From positions 2,720,001-2,784,000 of the forward strand of contig OZ245033.1 in the NCBI GenBank assembly GCA_965224025.1: a stretch of 64,000 nt of DNA, given 5' to 3'. The notes below the pieces were generated by a model. The model searched no databases. It was not told where the DNA came from and saw only the letters and a list, made by a program, of their open reading frames with translations. The DNA comes from Candidatus Multivorans sp. Its GTDB lineage: Bacteria > Acidobacteriota > Thermoanaerobaculia > Multivoradales > Multivoraceae. Shown here piece by piece: positions 1 through 10,100 of this stretch. Numbering within the stretch: position 1 is the first letter of the stretch; every line of letters starts with the position of its first letter. Both the position numbers and the translations under genes were made by a program.

Positions 1-772
1 GAAGCCGCCCGGTCAGACCCACTGGAGCGTGCGTTCGATGGCTCGGGCCCAGGGCATCAGTCCGGCGGCGGTCCAGCGCATCTGGGCGGCGCACGGGCTG
101 AAGCCCCATCTGGTCAGGACGTTCAAGCTGAGTAACGACCCCAGGTTCGTGGAAAAGCTGCGGGACGTTGTGGGCCTGTACCGGAATCCGCCCGAGAATG
201 CGCTTGTGCCGTGCGTGGACGAGAAGAGCCAGATCCAGGCTCTGGACCGGACCCAGCCAGGTTTGCCGCTCAAGCGCGGCCGCGCGGGAACGATGACCCA
301 CGACTACAAGCGCAACGGGACGACGACGTTGTTCGCTGCGCTGAACGTGTTGGAGGGCACGGTGATCGCGGAGTGCATGGGCCGGCAGCGCCACCAGGAG
401 TTTCTCCGTTTCCTCAAGCGTCTCGACCGTGAGATCCCAAAGCACCTCGACCTGCACCTGATCCTGGACAACTACCAGACCCACAAACACGCCGCCGTGC
501 GCGCATGGCTGGAGCGAAAGCCTCGCTTCCACTTCCATTTCATTCCCACTTCGTCGCCCTGGCTTAACCTGGTCGAACGCTGGCTGGGCGGTCTGACCAC
601 GAAGGCGATCCGGCGCGGTGCATTCCAGAGCGTCAACGACCTCGTAAAGACCATCTACGACTATGTGGACCACAGCAACGAAAACTCCCGGCCGTTCGTC
701 TGGACGGCCACCGCCGACAGCATCGTCGCAAAGGTTACACGTGGTAAAGCCATGTTGGAGACACTACACTAG
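1..772 (+). mobile_element. IS630-family insertion sequence, right part (5' end outside window), with DDE transposase
   Basis: ORF to 772 with IS630 motifs [44 protein letters not shown]; ends ...GACACTACACTAG at a CTAG (769-772), typical of IS630 right ends. Confidence 0.93.
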
Positions 773-1611
773 TCGGCAACACGGGCTATCGGGGCATCCG
801 CGCGATCGCCAACGAGGAAGGCTCTGGCGGCACTGTACGGGTTTCAACCGCGAACATGAACTGTCTTCGCGTCACTGCCAGGTTTCCCGCGCACCCTGAA
901 GAACCCGACGTGGGACACGATGTCACTTGGAGGGAGATGGATGAGTCCACCGGCTCAACCGCGTTCGGTGTGCTTGATGGTCACAATCACAGCACCGTCA
1001 AGCTTTCGCACCTCCGCAACCGGCCTCTGAGGTCCCAACGTGACCGCGGGGCGCTGAGCGACATCGTCAAGGGTCTGACCGTGCAGGAGGACGACTTCGA
1101 GAAGTGGCGAGAAGAGCTGGCAGCCCGCAACGAAGAACTCCTTCCCAATGCACCCCGTGGTAACGGGCAGAAACATGGTTTTCAGAACACCGTCGTGCAT
1201 GTAGAGGAGCAGTACGGAGTAGGAGTTGACGACTTCCTCTTGGAGTTCTATGAGAAAGACGACAATAGAGGTAGAACGACCGAACGGTTCCACCAGTCCG
1301 CGATCAATGGAGTTCACAAGTACTGCGATGACCACTCCTACCGCAGTGTCTACATAGACTGTACTCGCTTGGTAGCGGCGATTGACAAGATCAACGAGTA
1401 CTTGAGGATAAGTCTCACGGCATACCCTGAACTCAGTCCTCCGAAGATTCCAGTCGGATTCGAGACGATAGCCGACGAGCACATCGGGGGACTACGTATC
1501 GGCAGACAGGACGTCGGCAGGTTCTTTGTGCCACACCGCACAGCCCTGGTCTCGCTTCAACTGGAGCGGCAGCAATCTCCCGAAGTGTTCGCCTTAAGGC
1601 GATATCCGTAG
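769..1611 (+). pseudogene. 3' part of a low-GC hypothetical (possibly alpha/beta-hydrolase-like) gene interrupted by IS630
   Basis: Frame of ORF 856..1611 stays open upstream to the CTAG IS junction ([32 protein letters not shown]); composition more AT-rich than backbone. Confidence 0.6.
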
Positions 1612-1696
1612 GGCCAGTCTACTTGCGTACAGCCGCTCACGTTGGCAAAGCACGAACGCGACGGCAAGACGGGCCTTACGGTAGATTCGACCCGCT

Positions 1697-2550
1697 GTGC
1701 GTCTCGCCCTTCATGCCCAACTCGGCGTGCTCGTTCTCCCCGTCATCTGGGCCACGCCCGCAACCGCGTTGACCGAGGGCGAAGCCAAGCGTGCCGTCCA
1801 CCGTTTCATCGACGCTTGGAACACCCGCTCCCGAGCCGCCTTCGCCGCGACCCTCCAGTACCCGCACGTCCGGCCGACGGCGGACTTCGACGGCCGTGTG
1901 TTCGCCGACGCCAACGCGTACGCTGTGACGGTGGACTTCGACCAAGTGTTGGCGACCGGCTGGGACCGGAGCCGCCTGGATTCGGCAGCCGTCGTCCGTG
2001 CCGGCGAGAGTCAGGCCCACGTAGCGGGGAGGCACTGCCGGCTCCGGGAGGACGGTTCGGCCGCCTGGAGCAACCAGGACACGTACGTGGGCGTCGAGAA
2101 GGACGTTTCGGCCGGCATTCAAGCGCGCTTTGATGCGGGTTTCGACGACCTTTCCGAGGCGGAGCGCGATGCGAGTGCCGTAGCGGCGATGGCAGACATC
2201 AACCGCCATTTGTAGGTCTTCAGCGCCTGTGACGAGGAGGCGATAGTGGCACCTTCCACTTGCCTCACGTCCGTGTCGGGGCGGAAGCGTGCGCGTCTCA
2301 AAGTCCGGTGCGGAATCCATGGACGCGTTCGACTTCGACTCCAGCGCCGAACGGCTCGGCAGGGAGCGATCGGGAGCGGACACCATGGAGGCGATCCAGC
2401 TGGGCGCCAGGGGCGTGAACGTGGTGGTCGGGATGACCCGGTACAGCTCCGAAGATGCCGGAATTCCACAACTTCGACGCGACCTACCTTGTTTCACCGA
2501 GGACGACTGCCTTGGGCCGATTCGGGCGGGCTCTGAGTATCGCTTCCTCC
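1697..2550 (+). pseudogene. Decayed paralogue of the tandem SnoaL/NTF2-like gene at 3361..4218
   Basis: Near-identical stretches (AAFAATLQYPHVRPTADFDGRVFAD, DFDQVLATGWDRSRLDS, DTMEAIQ) but stop at 2213-2215 and frameshifts; homology continues to ~2550. Confidence 0.85.
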
Positions 2551-2587
2551 GCTTGGGGTTTGAGCGACGCCCGAGTTGAAGAGAACG

Positions 2588-2973
2588 TCAGGGCTCTCTC
2601 ACCTTGGGGGACGTTCCCCTGGCCTTGCGAATGAAGCTGCGGTCGAATGTGAGCATGGTCTGGCAGTGGGCGGCAGCGCCAAGATGCAGCGCGTCTGCGA
2701 AGTCCATGCCCTTCTCTGCTCGGTCGAGCGCCTCCCTGAGCAGGGACGGGCTCTCTACGGTGACCCCCGGCAGGCCCGAGAAGGCCTTCAGGGCCGCCGC
2801 GACATCCTTGCCGTAGAGCCCGTACACGCTGCGCAGGACCCACTCGCTCTCGAGGAGAACGGTCGTGCCGACGAAGACGCCCCCGCGTCGATCGCGCCTC
2901 TTGCCTTGGCGGCTTGTCCCGGATCGTCGTCGGTCAAGTATCGGACGACGACGTTGGTGTCAATCGCCTGCAT
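2588..2973 (-). pseudogene. vapC: VapC/PIN-domain toxin, frameshifted at a 5-base homopolymer (2880-2884)
   Basis: N-term MQAIDTNVVVRYLTDDDPGQ and C-term GMDFADALHL...TFDRSF lie in different frames; adding one base restores VFVGTTVLLESEWVLRSVYG. Confidence 0.85.
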
Positions 2974-3235
2974 GCCGTCGCCTGGCTTCGGCCAGTACAC
3001 CGGCCTGCATCTCTTGAAGGGACTTCGGCGGGCCGCCGTAGGCCAGGCTGCCGAACACGTCCTCCGGCCGGGTTTCCGAGAACACGGGCGCCGGCTTGAG
3101 CAAGACGCCCTCGGACGTGCTCTCGACGACGAGGCGGGTTCCGGCTATCCAGCGCAGCGCCCGACGTATGGCCTTCGGCAGGATGACCTGCCCTTTCGTC
3201 GACACGGTGGTGGTAAGCGGTTCAGGCGTCAGCAT
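2960..3235 (-). CDS. AbrB/MazE/SpoVT-family antitoxin (VapB-like)
   Basis: TTTVSTKGQVILPKAIRRALRW...GTRLVVESTSEGVLLKP; AAGGAGG RBS upstream of ATG 3235; overlaps the toxin start. Confidence 0.9.
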   Translation of the reverse strand: MLTPEPLTTTVSTKGQVILPKAIRRALRWIAGTRLVVESTSEGVLLKPAPVFSETRPEDVFGSLAYGGPPKSLQEMQAGVLAEARRRHAGD

Positions 3236-3360
3236 GGATGAGTTCCTCCTTCGCAGCCGGTAAGGCGAAAGTAAGATACACCGTCCGGTGCCGTGAGCCA
3301 AGCGCAAACAGAGAGCAAGCCGCGAATCGGTTCGGCCTGGCGGTGTAAATTGAACTCACT

Positions 3361-4218
3361 GTGCGTGCGGTCGTTCACTACCTGCTCGGACTTCTCGTTC
3401 TCCCCCTTGCCTCCGCCGGCCCCGCGGCCGCTTTGACGGAGGAGCAGGCCACCCAAGCCGTCCACCGCTTTATCGAAGCCTGGAACACCCGCGACCCCGC
3501 CGCCTTCGCCGCAACGCTTCAATACCCGCACGTCCGGCCCACGGCGGACTTCGACGGCCGGGTCTTCGCCGACGCCCCCGCCTACGCGGCGACAATCGAC
3601 TTCGACCAAGTGCTGGCGACGGGATGGGATCGGAGCAGGCTTGATTCCGCGACAGTCGTCCAGACCGGCGGAAGTCAGGCCCACGTAGCGGGGAGGTACA
3701 CCCGCGTTCGTGCCGACGGCTCTGCCGTCTGGAGCAACCAGGTCACCTACGTCGTCACCGAGACGGACGGCTCAGTCGGCATCCAGGCGAGGCTCGCGGC
3801 AGGATTCGACGATCTGTCGGAGGCCGACCGTGAGGCGACCGTCTCGGCCGGGGTTGCCGCCGTGGAGCGCTACCTCGCGGCCTTCAACGCCCGGGACGAG
3901 GAGGCGATGACGGCCGCGCTCCACTTCCCCCACGTTCGAGTGGGAGTCGGAAGGGCCAGGGTGTGGGAGTCCGCCGCTGAGTACCTGGAGGGGTTTGACT
4001 TCGACGCCTTCGCGGAGCGGCTCGGCTGGGAGCGCTCGGAAGCGGACACCATGGAGGCGATCCAGGTCGGCGACCGGGGCGTCAACGTTGCGGTCAGGAT
4101 CACCCGCTTCGGTGCCGGCGATGCGAGAATCCACAGCTTCGACACGGTCTACCTGGTCACCGAGGAGGACGGTCGGTGGGCGATCAGGGCGGGTTCCAGC
4201 ATCGCTCCTTCTCCCTGA
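3361..4218 (+). CDS. Secreted protein with two tandem SnoaL/NTF2-like domains
   Basis: Signal peptide (…PAAA|L); internal repeat AVHRFIEAWNTRD…YPHVR / AVERYLAAFNARD…FPHVR and GWDRS / GWERS. Confidence 0.75.
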   Translation: MRAVVHYLLGLLVLPLASAGPAAALTEEQATQAVHRFIEAWNTRDPAAFAATLQYPHVRPTADFDGRVFADAPAYAATIDFDQVLATGWDRSRLDSATVVQTGGSQAHVAGRYTRVRADGSAVWSNQVTYVVTETDGSVGIQARLAAGFDDLSEADREATVSAGVAAVERYLAAFNARDEEAMTAALHFPHVRVGVGRARVWESAAEYLEGFDFDAFAERLGWERSEADTMEAIQVGDRGVNVAVRITRFGAGDARIHSFDTVYLVTEEDGRWAIRAGSSIAPSP

Positions 4219-4230
4219 GGCTCCTCGACG

Positions 4231-4368
4231 ATGGTCGCGATCCTCATCGGCATCGGGGTTCTGATTTTCGCGATCTTCCTTGACATCGCGGTCGGTGCGG
4301 GCCTGGTGCTCAAGCTGTTCTCGAAGAGCCCGGATGGTCCGGAGCCGCCCCGCTACCGCAATCGCTGA
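4231..4368 (+). CDS. Small single-pass membrane protein (45 aa), below the ORF-track cutoff
   Basis: MVAILIGIGVLIFAIFLDIAVGAGLVLKLFSKSPDGPEPPRYRNR*; GC-rich third positions; starts 12 nt after upstream stop. Confidence 0.5.
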   Translation: MVAILIGIGVLIFAIFLDIAVGAGLVLKLFSKSPDGPEPPRYRNR

Positions 4369-4590
4369 GAGGGGACTCAGGCTCGGTTGAGGGCGGTCAG
4401 AAACGCTGCCCGACATCAGCTTCCAGCCAGTTCCCCCGGCTCCGAGTGACCTCCGAAGGCCACTGAGGCCCCAGTGTGCGGTCACTGGACGGCAAGTAGC
4501 GGCCACCAGAGCGCTCCGTGTTGAAAGTTTGAGAAGAAATGACCTACGTTCAGCCGGTAACAAACAGGCCCCGACGTAGGGAAACCCGTC

Positions 4591-5277
4591 ATGACCAGCG
4601 AATCCGAGCGCCACTCCTCAACACCGTCTCATGCTCCGCGAGCCCAAGTGTCCGGGCGATCCAACGGGGCAACGGACAACATCGCGGTAACCCTCTCCAG
4701 CTTGGCGATCCACGACCGTGGGGCTGGAGTGGCGCGGCGCGGTCATCCATACGTCGTGAGCCTGGCGATCGATGCCCACAAGGCGGCGACGCCGGCGTTC
4801 GACCTCAACTTCATTCCGTTCCCGGAAATGCGCCCGGGGCAGAGAGTCGGAATGCTCGGCGATGGGCATGTGCTGTACGGACCGAAGGACCCCGGAGGTT
4901 TCGTTTCCGTCCTCGTCCTCGTCATGAATTCGAGTCTGGACATGACCTACGCCGGCGATAGCGTGAGGGGCGCACTGGAAGACAGCGCGGCGAGCCTGGC
5001 TGCTGAGTTGATGCTGGCGGGGAACCCCGTGGCCTCCTTGGGAGCGGCGTTCCTTGGGGAGCTCGCCGAGTGCTTGGCGGGGGCATCGGGCAACGTCAGG
5101 GATAGCGAAGTCTGCCGTTTCTCGGGTTCGTTCCTGCAGGACGGACCGAGCCCGTACGACGTGGGCCGGGAGTACGGGATCAACAACTACGTGGGCTCGT
5201 TGGGCCTGCGTGTAGTTTCCCTCGCGGAGCCCAATGGCGTGGGACCCCTGCCGGAGGAGATTGATCTGGGAGGGTGA
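4591..5277 (+). CDS. Hypothetical protein
   Basis: 228-aa ORF with globular-looking composition; no recognised motif. Confidence 0.55.
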   Translation: MTSESERHSSTPSHAPRAQVSGRSNGATDNIAVTLSSLAIHDRGAGVARRGHPYVVSLAIDAHKAATPAFDLNFIPFPEMRPGQRVGMLGDGHVLYGPKDPGGFVSVLVLVMNSSLDMTYAGDSVRGALEDSAASLAAELMLAGNPVASLGAAFLGELAECLAGASGNVRDSEVCRFSGSFLQDGPSPYDVGREYGINNYVGSLGLRVVSLAEPNGVGPLPEEIDLGG

Positions 5278-5354
5278 GCAGTGGCAGGACGGAACGATGT
5301 GCCGGCTGACCGGTGTCACGCCGCCCGCGGCGTGCGCGCTGTAGAGTCAGCCTC

Positions 5355-5738
5355 GTGACTCGCGTTCCGCCCCCAACGACCCGCGACGCCGTCGTCCGCC
5401 GCGCCGACGACGCGCCGGTGAACCAAGTCGAACTCGGCACCGCGACCACGACTCAGGTGCTGCTCGGCGCTGACGACGACACGCCGCACTTCGCGATGCG
5501 GCGGTTCCGCATGGGCGACGGCGGCGGCATGCCGCTGCACACGAATCAGGTCGAGCACGAGCAATACGTGCTGCGGGGACGGGCGCGGATCGTCCTGGGG
5601 GAGGAGACGGTCGAGGTCGGAGCCGACGATGCGCTGCTGATTCCGGCTGGCCTGCCGCACTCGTACGAGGTGATCGAGGCGCCGTTCGAGTTCCTCTGCC
5701 TGGTGCCGAACCGGCCGGACCGGATCGATCTGGTCTAG
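5355..5738 (+). CDS. Cupin domain protein
   Basis: GGGMPLHTNQVEHEQYVLRG…IPAGLPHSY cupin motifs; GTG 5355 lies 7 nt after TAGAGT. Confidence 0.88.
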   Translation: MTRVPPPTTRDAVVRRADDAPVNQVELGTATTTQVLLGADDDTPHFAMRRFRMGDGGGMPLHTNQVEHEQYVLRGRARIVLGEETVEVGADDALLIPAGLPHSYEVIEAPFEFLCLVPNRPDRIDLV

Positions 5739-5745
5739 AAGGCGG

Positions 5746-7149
5746 GTGGCTCTCCGCACGTGCCTGGTACTGGTGGCGGCGCTTGCGGCCGCGACCGTCG
5801 CGGCCGCTGGTGATGGCGAAGCCCTGCCGCCGGACCTCCGCACCCGCACGGACGGCATCGACTGGCCGGGCTTCCTCGGACCGAACCGCGATTCGAAGTC
5901 GCCTGAGACGGGTATCCGCATCGATTGGACGAGCGGCCTGCCCCTGCTGTGGCATCTTGAACTGGGAGAGGGCTACGCGGCGCCCTCGGTAGCGAGGGGG
6001 CGGCTGTTCTTCTTCACCCGCGTTCGCGACCGGGCACGGCTGATCGCGGTCCGTTCCGAGACCGGCGAGGAACTCTGGCGCTCCGAGTACCGGACGGAGT
6101 ACGAGGACTCTTACGGCTACGACGGCGGGCCGCGCACTGCCCCCCTGATCGACGGTCCGCGGATCTACTCGGTGGGAGCGGACGGGTTCCTGCGCTGCCA
6201 CCGGGTTGCCGACGGCACCGTGCTCTGGGAGCGCGACGTGCACTCGGACTACGGCGTCCAGCAGAACTTCTTCGGTGTCGCCAGTTCGCCCTGGATCGAG
6301 GGCGATCTCCTGATCGTGGCGGTCGGCGGCAGCCCGTCCGGCGCGCCGAACATTCACAGCGGGCGTGTGAGGCCGAACGGCACCGCCCTCGTCGCCTTCG
6401 ACAAGCGGACGGGCGAGGAGCGCTACCGTCTCGGCGACGACCTGGTCAGCTACGCGAGCCCGGTGGTCAGAGTCATCGACGGCAAGCGCCGCGGCTTCCA
6501 CTTCGCTCGTTCCGGCCTGATCGTCTTCGACTCGAAGGACGGCCGGGAACTCGACGGCTTCCCTTGGCGGGCGCGCCGGCTGACCAGCGTGAATGCCGCG
6601 AACCCGCTGGTCGTCGGCGCCCAGGTGCTGCTCACCGAGTCGTACGAGAAGGGGGCGGTCCTGCTCACGTACAATGACGATCCAGAAGGCGACGACGCCC
6701 CGGAGGCGGACGCCAGCGGCCTCCGACCCGTGTGGCAGGACGGCCCGCGCAACCAGGCGATCGCGGCCCACTGGAACACGCCGGTCCACCACGAAGGCGT
6801 GATCTACGTCTCGAGCGGCGAGAAGTCGCCGAACGCGGAACTGCGGGCGGTGGACTTGGCCACGGGCGAGGTCCACTGGAGTCAGCCTCGCCTGGCGCGC
6901 ACCCAGTTGCTCCATGTCGACGGCCATCTGGTGGTGCAGAGCGAGGTCGGCGATCTGCTGCTGGTCCGCGCGACCGCGGAGAGTTACCAGCAGGTCGCTC
7001 ACCTGCGCCTCAAGGCTGAAGTCGACGGTCGGAGCGTCGATCTGTTGCGTTATCCGGCCTGGGCGGCGCCGGTTCTGGCGCACGGCGTGCTGTACGTGCG
7101 CGGCAGGGACCGTCTGGCCGCCCTCGAACTCATCCCGCCGCCGGAGTAG
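5746..7149 (+). CDS. PQQ-like beta-propeller repeat protein (BamB-like), secreted
   Basis: Signal peptide, DWPGFLGPNRD, repeated xSPxV…GxxLW blades, C-term APVLAHGVLYVRG. Confidence 0.88.
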   Translation: MALRTCLVLVAALAAATVAAAGDGEALPPDLRTRTDGIDWPGFLGPNRDSKSPETGIRIDWTSGLPLLWHLELGEGYAAPSVARGRLFFFTRVRDRARLIAVRSETGEELWRSEYRTEYEDSYGYDGGPRTAPLIDGPRIYSVGADGFLRCHRVADGTVLWERDVHSDYGVQQNFFGVASSPWIEGDLLIVAVGGSPSGAPNIHSGRVRPNGTALVAFDKRTGEERYRLGDDLVSYASPVVRVIDGKRRGFHFARSGLIVFDSKDGRELDGFPWRARRLTSVNAANPLVVGAQVLLTESYEKGAVLLTYNDDPEGDDAPEADASGLRPVWQDGPRNQAIAAHWNTPVHHEGVIYVSSGEKSPNAELRAVDLATGEVHWSQPRLARTQLLHVDGHLVVQSEVGDLLLVRATAESYQQVAHLRLKAEVDGRSVDLLRYPAWAAPVLAHGVLYVRGRDRLAALELIPPPE

Positions 7150-7154
7150 ACGCC

Positions 7155-10100
7155 CTGGCTCGCGGCTCGATCCTCGTTTCCTGTTCGTCGGCCCGGAGGC
7201 TGGCTGCGGCGGCCGAGTGGCTGCGGAAGCGCCGGCACGGCGAGGAGGAGACGCTGCTGCTTGCGGCGTCGCGCGGTGCCGCCGACGACCTGGTTCGGGC
7301 GTTGTCGGAGACGGGTCGGGGGATGCTGGGCGTTCATCGCGCGTCGCTCGACCAGTGGGCGCTGCAGACCGCGGCGCTCGAGTTGGCCGCCCGTGGACTG
7401 CGGCCGGTCACCCCGCTCGGAACCGAGGCCATGGCGGCCCGGGTCGCCCGCTTGGCCGCGGCGCAAGGGGAGCTGGAGCGCCTGTCGCCGGTTGCCGACC
7501 TTCCCGGCTTCGCCCGCTCCCTGGCGGCCACGATCGGTGAGTTGCGCGCGGCAGGCGTTTCGCCCGGCGACCTGCTGGCTGTCGACGGAACGCACGATCT
7601 GGGCCGGATGCTCCACGGGTTCGACGACGAGATGACCCGTTTCGGGTTGGCGGATACGGCGACCGTGCTTCGCTCCGCCGTGGCGGTGGTGGACCGGGAG
7701 CAGGTCGCGGTTCCTCCGGGATCGCTGTGGCTCGACCTGCCGCTTCGAAACGCCAGCCAGGTCGCGCTCTTGCGGGCGCTCGCCGCGCGCTGCCGGGACG
7801 TGCTCGCGACCGTGGCCGCGGGCGATGACGAGACGCTGGAGTGGCTGGGGTCGCTGCTCAGTGATGGGGCGGTCGTCAGTCTGGACGAGGAGCGCTGGGA
7901 CGACGGCGGACTTCCCAGCGGGCAACGGTTGGACCGTGTCCAGCGCTTCGTCTTTGAGACCGGTGTGGACTCCTTGCCGCTTGACGGCACGCCGGATGCG
8001 GGCGAGACGCCCGCGTTCCATCCGCGCGCCCGCGGACGGACGCGCGGAGTGGTTCGCGGGTGGCGCGGGACCGGGCCACCCGGGTTTCCAGGCAGCGCCG
8101 CAGACGTGCCGGCCCGCTCTTCGGTCGACCTGTTCTCGGCGGCCGGCGAGGGCCAGGAGTGCGTCGAGATCGCCCGGCGCATTCACCGCGCCGCCGCCGG
8201 GGGGCTCGCCTTCGATCGCATGGCGATCCTGCTTCGCCAGCCAGCCGCCTACCTGCCCCTGGTGGAGGACGCACTCGGCCGCGCCCGCATCCCCGCCTAC
8301 GCCACCCGGGGCACGTTGCGCCCGAATCCGGCCGGCCGCGCCTTCCTGGCTCTGCTGGCGTGCGCGGGGGAGAGACTTTCGGCGAGCCGCTTCGCCGAGT
8401 ACCTGTCGCTCGGTCAGACCCCCGAGCCGGCGAAGGGCGGCGGACCGCCGCGGCGCGACGTGCCCTGGGTCGAGCCGGCGGGCGATCAAATCGTCCTGAA
8501 GTCGCCGGAGGCTGCGGGTGCGGCCTCGTCCGGCGCCCTCTCCGAGCAGGAAGGTCCAGCGGGCGCGGGTTCCCTGGTCGACCGGACCGGCGGCGGCGAA
8601 ACGCAGGAAGAAGCCGCGCCCGCCGGCGCGCTGCGCGTCCCCTCCCAGTGGGAGCGTCTGCTCGTCGATGCCGCCGTGGTCGGCGGCGCCGAACGCTGGA
8701 AGAAGCGGCTTGCCGGTCTCGGGGCGGAGTTCCGGCTGCAACTGCGTCAGGTCGACGACGAGGACCAAGGCCACAGGAGCTACCTGGAGCGACAGATCGG
8801 GCGCCTGGAGACTCTCCAGACGTTTGCGCTGCCCCTGATCGAGTTTCTCGACGCCCTGCCCAAGCGCGCGGACTGGGGATGGTGGCTCGAGCGTCTGCAG
8901 GAGCTGGCGACGATGGCGCTGCGCCGGCCGGAGACCGTGCTCGAGGTGCTTGCCGAGCTCCGACCGCTGGCGCAGGTAGACGAGGTGGGCTTGGCCGAGG
9001 TGGAGCGGATCCTGGGCGAGCGTCTGCGATTCAGCCTCAGCCGGCCGCCAAAGCGTCGGTTCGGCCGGGTCTTCGTCGGTGCTGTCGAGGAGGCGGCGGG
9101 ACGGAGCTTCGATCTGGTGTTCGTGCCGGGTTTGGCCGAGGGCGTGTTTCCGCGGCGGGCGAAAGAGGATCCGCTGCTGCTCGACGAACGCCGCCGGAGG
9201 CTGCGGCATGCGGGCTACCGGCTCGCCGAGGATCTGGGACGCACCCGGCGGGAGCAACTGCTGCTTCGCCTCGCCATCGGCGCCGCGAATCGTTGGCTGG
9301 TCGTGTCGTATCCCCGGGTCGACCTGGTGCGGGGGCGTGCCCGCGTGCCGTCGCTGTACGCGCTCGACGTGCTGCGCGGCGCCGAGGGGCGCCTGCCGGA
9401 CCTCGACGCGCTCGGCCGGCGCGCCGCGGCCGCCGGCGCCGCGGTGGTCGGCTGGCCGGCGCCCGCCGACCCCGACGACGCGGTCGACGAGGCCGAGTTC
9501 GATCTCGCCCTGCTGCAGCCGCTCCTGGGCCCCGGCGCCCCGGTTGCGGAACGCAGAGGACGGGCGCGTTTTCTCCTTGAGTCCAACCCGCACCTCAAGC
9601 GCGCCCTGCAGGCGCGCGGCCGGCGCTGGCGGCGACCCTGGTTCCCGGTCGACGGTCTGGTGGACGCGAGTGCCGAGGCGAGGGAAACGCTGGCCGCCCA
9701 GCGCATCGGCGCGCGCTCCTACTCGCCGACCGCCCTCCAGAACTACGCCGCCTGCCCCTACCGGTTCTTCCTGCAGGCGGTGCTCTACCTCAGGCCCCGG
9801 AAGGAGCTGGTTCAGCTCGAGCAGATGGACCCGATGACCCGGGGCGGCATCTTCCACGAGATCCAGTTCCGCCTGTTCGGCGCCCTGGAGGCGGTGGACC
9901 TGTTGCCGGTGGCGCCGAGCCGCCTGGAGACGGTCTTCGAGCTGCTGGACGAGGTGCTCGCCCAGAGCGAGGGCGACTACAGGGAGGAGCTCGCGCCGCC
10001 GATCGAGCGCGTATGGAGGGCGGAGTTCGAGGGCCTGCGGGCCGACCTGCGCGGCTGGTTGCGGCAGGTGGCGGACGAGGGCGGCCAGTGGAAGCCGATC

